Virus record (IMG/VR): IMGVR_UViG_3300045988_176357
Location: 128,053 to 192,052 of that record
Source of the DNA: a virus
Strand: one strand, 5' to 3'
DNA length: 64,000 nt
Every line of letters begins with the position of its first letter. The first letter of the stretch is position 1. Positions 59,476 to 64,000 of this stretch are shown here, piece after piece. A program made the translations under genes and the position numbers. Under the pieces are notes generated by a model, which made no database searches, was not told the DNA's origin, and was given only the letters and a program-made list of their open reading frames with translations.

Positions 59476-60483
59476 ATGAAAACAGAAAAAGTGCTGAAGA
59501 AGAACGCAATCAAGGCCTATAAAGCCTTTAACAGTGACCTTACCTGCAAAGGCTTCCAATATGAAGTCGGGAAGGAATACCACCATATAGGCAAGCTTGA
59601 GCTGTGTGAGTCGGGTTTCCATGCCTGCCCAAAGCTGACCGACTGCTTCTACTTTTACCCATTCAACAAAACTAAAACCAGAGTAGCTGAGGTGCTGGTC
59701 TGGGGTAAAGTCGAGTACGAAGACAGAGGTAACAAGCTCTGCGCCTCAAACATCAAGGTAGTCAGAGAACTTGCATGGGGCGATGTGTTGTTTCTGTGCA
59801 ACAGCGGCTACGGTAACAGCGGTTACGGTAACACCGGCAACGATAACACCGGCAACTGGAATAGCGGTGACTGTAATAGCGGCAACCTTAACAACGGCAA
59901 CAATAACACCGGCAACCGTAACTCCGGCGACTGTAATAGCGGCAACTGGAATAGCGGCAACTATAACAGCGGCGCCTATAATACAGGCGACTGGAACAGC
60001 GGCAACCTTAACAACGGCAACAATAACAGCGGTTACCGTAACAGCGGCGCCTATAATACAGGCGACTGGAACAGCGGCAACCTTAACAACGGCAACAATA
60101 ACAGCGGCAACTGGAATAGCGGTGACTGGAACAGCGGACACTTAAACACTCCGGCACAGAAATATACATTTATCTTCAACAAACAAGTTAAAAAGTCAGT
60201 GTTGGAAAGTACTGAGTTTCCGTCATTCATGTTCTTTGTTCTGACAGAGTGGGTTCCTGCCCGCGACATGTCACAGGTGGAGAAAGAGCAGCATCCTGAG
60301 TATGCTATTACAGGCGGTTACCTAAAGAGGTACGACTACAAGGAAGCCTTCAGGAAGTCCTTCGAGGAGGCAAAGCGACTCCCGGATTGGCCTGAACAAC
60401 TTAAGAGACTGAAGGCGCTGCCGAATTTCGATGCCAAGATATTCGAGGAAATATCAGGCATCAAGGAAGAGGAACTTGTTTAA
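59476..60483 (+). CDS. NxGxx repeat protein, paralog 6
   Basis: Upstream ~60 nt and N-terminus identical to 20594-20700. Confidence 0.6.
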   Translation: MKTEKVLKKNAIKAYKAFNSDLTCKGFQYEVGKEYHHIGKLELCESGFHACPKLTDCFYFYPFNKTKTRVAEVLVWGKVEYEDRGNKLCASNIKVVRELAWGDVLFLCNSGYGNSGYGNTGNDNTGNWNSGDCNSGNLNNGNNNTGNRNSGDCNSGNWNSGNYNSGAYNTGDWNSGNLNNGNNNSGYRNSGAYNTGDWNSGNLNNGNNNSGNWNSGDWNSGHLNTPAQKYTFIFNKQVKKSVLESTEFPSFMFFVLTEWVPARDMSQVEKEQHPEYAITGGYLKRYDYKEAFRKSFEEAKRLPDWPEQLKRLKALPNFDAKIFEEISGIKEEELV

Positions 60484-60498
60484 AGAAAGGAGGACAAA

Positions 60499-60957
60499 AT
60501 GATAACAGCAAGTGAACTTTATTGGATTTTCAGATGCGACAGCATACATGACATGCTGACAGCAAGTCTTATCGTGCTTGGTATCGCATCAGCAATAGGT
60601 TGTATCATTATCTTAGCTATGTGCTTTAGCAGCCCCTGGGATGATGACGTAAGGTCGTGGTTCGAACCTGACAGTGATACAAGTACCGAGCGTAAACAGA
60701 TACTTACAGCTGTTAAGTGCGTTGCATGTCTGCTTGGTATTGTATGTATGCTGGCTGTCGGCAAGATTATGCTGCCTACAACGAAAGAGCTTGTGCTGAT
60801 AAAGGTACTGCCTGAAGTGGTAAACAGCAAGTTTGTCCAGGAAGATCTGCCCAGTGATATCCGTAAATTGTACACAGCAGCGGTACAGTCAACTTTGAAT
60901 ACATTGACAGACTCACAACAAAACACAAAGAAAGGAAAAGAATATGCTGACCATTGA
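60499..60957 (+). CDS. hypothetical membrane protein
   Basis: Two hydrophobic segments. Confidence 0.4.
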   Translation: MITASELYWIFRCDSIHDMLTASLIVLGIASAIGCIIILAMCFSSPWDDDVRSWFEPDSDTSTERKQILTAVKCVACLLGIVCMLAVGKIMLPTTKELVLIKVLPEVVNSKFVQEDLPSDIRKLYTAAVQSTLNTLTDSQQNTKKGKEYADH

Positions 60958-61219
60958 CGACTATTTCGATAACTGCGAGAATCCCGACTACACATATAGC
61001 TGTCCCGAATGTGGAAGCACCGTTGAGCGCGATGACATTGAATGTCCCGAGTGCGGCTATCGGTTTGAAGACCCTGCAGATGTGTCAGAAATAGACGGCA
61101 TGATATCTGACTCTGTCTCAGGTCAGCTGCTTGTAGACAGCGCATACAGTATGCCTGACAGTGAGGATCTTGATGATATCATGGATGACATTATGAAAGA
61201 GGCCCGAAATGAAGCATAA
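60944..61219 (+). CDS. small acidic zinc-ribbon protein
   Basis: CPECG..x..CPECGY. Confidence 0.35.
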   Translation: MLTIDDYFDNCENPDYTYSCPECGSTVERDDIECPECGYRFEDPADVSEIDGMISDSVSGQLLVDSAYSMPDSEDLDDIMDDIMKEARNEA

Positions 61220-61589
61220 AGTCGGCGTACCGGTAGTGGCTCAGGTGCGTAGGTTTCTTGCACTCTCAATCAAGGAACATACAGACATCAAGCGTGACTA
61301 TAGAACTCGCGATTCCAAGTGTGACGAGCATGCAGAAAGCTGTACGAAGTACCAACGACGCCTATATGCTTCAGTATACTATGACAGCTGCAAGTTTATT
61401 TGCGCAATGAATGGGCTGCAGAGAGCAATCAATTACAGGCTCAGACATAAAGATATGAGCGGGTATGTCGACAAGATCACCCAGGATAAGTGGTACGCCG
61501 AGTTGACACGAATTCTTCTCCGATCACTCTTGGCCGAAGACACAATAGAACAGTTCATCAACTACATGGAGGGAAAGAGCACAAAATAA
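61209..61589 (+). CDS. hypothetical protein
   Basis: ORF. Confidence 0.35.
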   Translation: MKHKVGVPVVAQVRRFLALSIKEHTDIKRDYRTRDSKCDEHAESCTKYQRRLYASVYYDSCKFICAMNGLQRAINYRLRHKDMSGYVDKITQDKWYAELTRILLRSLLAEDTIEQFINYMEGKSTK

Positions 61590-61601
61590 AGGACACAGCC
61601 T

Positions 61602-62342
61602 ATGTTGCAGGCAATCAAACGACTCATCAAACGTATCACAATCAACCTAATCAGAGCAGTAAGGAAACTATTCACAACAAACACAACGGCAAGCGTTGCC
61701 ACTAAAACAAAGAAAGAAGAAAGAATGAAAAACACGAAAACAACCGCAATCACTCTCGCATCCGCAACCTCCTACAACCTCCAGTTCTTCCGTAAGGATG
61801 GACAGCGCTGGTTCGCCCAGAGAGACGTCACGTGCGTCTACGGGGCCAACTACTATCCCGGTGCTAACATTGGCCGCCCTGTGATAGTGTCCAAGACAGA
61901 TTTCGAGTACTTCGCCAACAACAAGAGAGCCTACAGAGGCCGTGTGTACCTTCCTGAGAAGGAACTTGTACAGTACATCAAGGACAGAACCGAAGTCGCT
62001 CTGGACGCACGCAAGATGCACATGAAAGGCAACCACACAGCAGGCTGGTCGACTTTCGCAGCTGACGCAATCGAGCAGCTGTTTGGTATGAAGGTACCTG
62101 TCAGTGCTGTGGCAACCAAAGCACTCAGCCCGTCCACTAACCCGGAGAGAAGGAGAGTGGAGGAGGCGCTCGCCAACGACAGCAACGCACGCAGAGCATA
62201 TGTCTCCGGTCGTCGCGCACGCGCGTACGCGAGAGCGATCACGTTCAACATGGACAAACAGGAGTCGCTGCTGTACAGCGTCTTCGGAAAGGAAAGTAAT
62301 GACAGTAATAGAAATCGCAATCGGCAGACCAAAGGAAAATGA
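61602..62342 (+). CDS. Bro-N-like domain protein (phage antirepressor family)
   Basis: LQFFRKDGQRWFAQRDVTCVYG resembles Bro-N. Confidence 0.4.
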   Translation: MLQAIKRLIKRITINLIRAVRKLFTTNTTASVATKTKKEERMKNTKTTAITLASATSYNLQFFRKDGQRWFAQRDVTCVYGANYYPGANIGRPVIVSKTDFEYFANNKRAYRGRVYLPEKELVQYIKDRTEVALDARKMHMKGNHTAGWSTFAADAIEQLFGMKVPVSAVATKALSPSTNPERRRVEEALANDSNARRAYVSGRRARAYARAITFNMDKQESLLYSVFGKESNDSNRNRNRQTKGK

Positions 62343-62607
62343 AGCTTCCGAGACTGTATTCGTCAGTGATACCTATGTAGCTGCAAATTGGCTGCTGGCA
62401 AAGGCTGCGCGTACATTGGAATCAGGCAGCTTCAAGAAACTGGAGGGCAGACGGCGCTTCAATGTCGAGCTGACTCAGCAGTATCTTGACAAGCAACTGG
62501 AAGAGGACAGTGTGTATCTTGAATTCGGGAAGCAGAACGACATTCTGTTCTGGGTCAATCTGAATGTTGTCGAAGTGATCGACACAGCAGAAGTCGCCGA
62601 AGCTTAA
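62299..62607 (+). CDS. hypothetical small protein
   Basis: ORF. Confidence 0.3.
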   Translation: MTVIEIAIGRPKENEASETVFVSDTYVAANWLLAKAARTLESGSFKKLEGRRRFNVELTQQYLDKQLEEDSVYLEFGKQNDILFWVNLNVVEVIDTAEVAEA

Positions 62608-62754
62608 CAGCACCAGTCGTAGAGATTCACTGTGCACACGTATAAGTGCACAATTCCTGCAGGGGCATCGGATACAAGTCCGGTGTCCCTGCTCTTTAGT
62701 ACGCTACAGCATTTGTTACCGGCCAATAAGACCGGCAGCAACAAAAGAGGTATT

Positions 62755-63700
62755 ATGACAAAGACTATTGTCAAAAGAGACGGACGCACAGAAGCGTTCG
62801 ATGCCGCCAAAATCAAAGCAGCAATCGAAGCAGCAATGGTAGCTGTGCACAAAGGGCTGACAGGTGACCTCGCACAGAAAGCTGTGCAGCTGTCAGAGCA
62901 GATCGCACAGAGCACAGAAGACGGTGCCAGCATAGAAAGCATCCAGGACAGGGTCGAGAAGGGTCTGATGGATGCAGATCTGATAGAGGAAGCCAAAGCC
63001 TACATCAAGTACAGAGCGGCGCGTACGGATATACGTGAGGCCCGCACGCACCTGATGAAGATCATCGACAGCTTCTTCACAGAGAAGCAGGACGACGGCA
63101 GCTCGCACAAAGAAAATGCGAACATCAATGCGTCCTCAGTATCTGGAGCCTTCTACAGAATCGGCTCGGAGGCAAGCAAGGACTATTATACCAGGTGTCT
63201 GATTCCGTCTGAATTCGTAGAAGCGCATACGAACGGATATTTGCATTATCACGATGCAGACTATTATGGTCTCAGTCTCAACTGTATGCAGCATGACCTC
63301 GGTAAGATGTTTAAGAAAGGTTTCTCCACAGGCAACGCCTATATAGGGGAGCCTCAGAGCATCACATCAGCAATGGCGCTGACTTGTGTTATTCTGCAGA
63401 GCGGGCAGACGGACCTGTTCGGCGGCGAGAGCATTCCGGCATGGGACTTCTACATGGAACCCTATGTTGAGAAGAGCTTTAAGAAGGCGCTGAAGAAGCA
63501 TCTCGAGAACATGGCCTTTGCGCCTGCGAACATGCAGGAGCTGTGGGTCAAGGAAAACGGGTACCAGGAACACACACCTGTGTTCGAGAACGACGACTTA
63601 TACAAGGCCTACAAGTGGGCCAAGCGTGACGTCGAAGCTGAGACGTACCAGGCTGCACAAGCCATGGTGTATAACTTGAATTCCTTAGCCAGCAGGGCCT
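62755..63700 (+). CDS. nrdD: anaerobic ribonucleotide reductase NrdD (class III), 5' exon with ATP cone
   Basis: NGYLHYHDADYYG...GNAYIGEPQSI aligns with T4 NrdD; ORF ends at a TGA that straddles the intron 5' end. Confidence 0.75.
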
Positions 63701-63702
63701 GA

Positions 63703-64000
63703 TTGGCCCCTTCACACCGCGAGGTGTGTCGAACAAGAAAGTGAATTGCTGGGACACCTTAACGGGTCATGCCGAAGGCAATCAGCAGCCGAGCCTTGTA
63801 TCGAGAGCTACCCGGTACAAGAAAGGTTCATCGACTATCCCATAAGGAATGGGAGTACCCGACAAGTGAAGGGGAAGCACTCTTGGTTGGGAACAACCAA
63901 ATGATATAGTCAGTGCTTCATGGAAACATGAAGAGTGGTCTCGAAAGAGAAACCTGGCGGTACGTAACGAGTACCGTTGAACAGAACCTTGGTGTGTACA
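63703..64000 (+). ncRNA. transposase-less IStron-type group-I-like intron in nrdD (runs to the window edge)
   Basis: ttggccccttcacaccgcgaggtgtgtcgaacaagaaagtgaattgctggg...; same type as polA intron 1; window ends at ...ccttggtgtgtaca. Confidence 0.5.

Noticed and set aside
60650-60675. tRNA T-loop-like sequence gtggttcgaacct.
   Set aside because: It sits inside a protein-coding ORF with no acceptor or anticodon stem context. No convincing tRNA was found anywhere in the window by eye.

Overview
This window looks like a stretch of a large dsDNA phage genome (or prophage) from a host that uses strong Shine-Dalgarno sites, with nearly all genes on the + strand.

The recognisable genes form a T4-like replication/recombination core: Mre11/SbcD- and Rad50/SbcC-like proteins, an SF2 helicase, a DnaB-type helicase carrying a LAGLIDADG intein in its P-loop, a UvsX/RecA recombinase, a family-A DNA polymerase with a proofreading exonuclease domain, RusA, ThyX and the anaerobic ribonucleotide reductase NrdD. 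Two large paralog families are also present: BspA-like leucine-rich-repeat proteins, and NxGxx pentapeptide-like repeat proteins paired with small 'CPDWAQYAAVD' proteins.

Three things stand out.

1. The window is heavily colonised by IStron-type elements (a group-I-like ribozyme module beginning '..aagaaagtgaattgct..', followed by an IS605-family tnpB and a right-end hairpin ending 'catg'). Five tnpB-carrying copies sit inside sbcC, an LRR gene, an intergenic site, a retron-type reverse transcriptase gene and a multi-ubiquitin-like gene. Transposase-less mini-introns sit in polA and nrdD. polA is cut into five exons by four introns, two of which carry homing endonuclease genes.

2. There is evidence for TAG stop-codon reassignment. 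A GIY-YIG/NUMOD1 and an HNH homing endonuclease ORF inside the polA introns contain 15 and 20 in-frame TAG codons but no TAA or TGA, and they read as coherent proteins if TAG is a sense codon. Two near-identical tnpB copies also carry an in-frame TAG. TAG is almost never used as a terminator by the other roughly 65 genes.

3. An Ec86-like retron-type reverse transcriptase, split by an IStron, has its stop codon overlapping the start of an E2-like gene. That gene is followed by JAB/MPN, E1 (ThiF-like), a candidate ubiquitin-like protein and a multi-beta-grasp protein, which together suggest an undescribed RT-associated ubiquitin-like conjugation cassette.

Coordinates I derived by hand may be off by 1-2 nt; ORF-track coordinates are used wherever possible.
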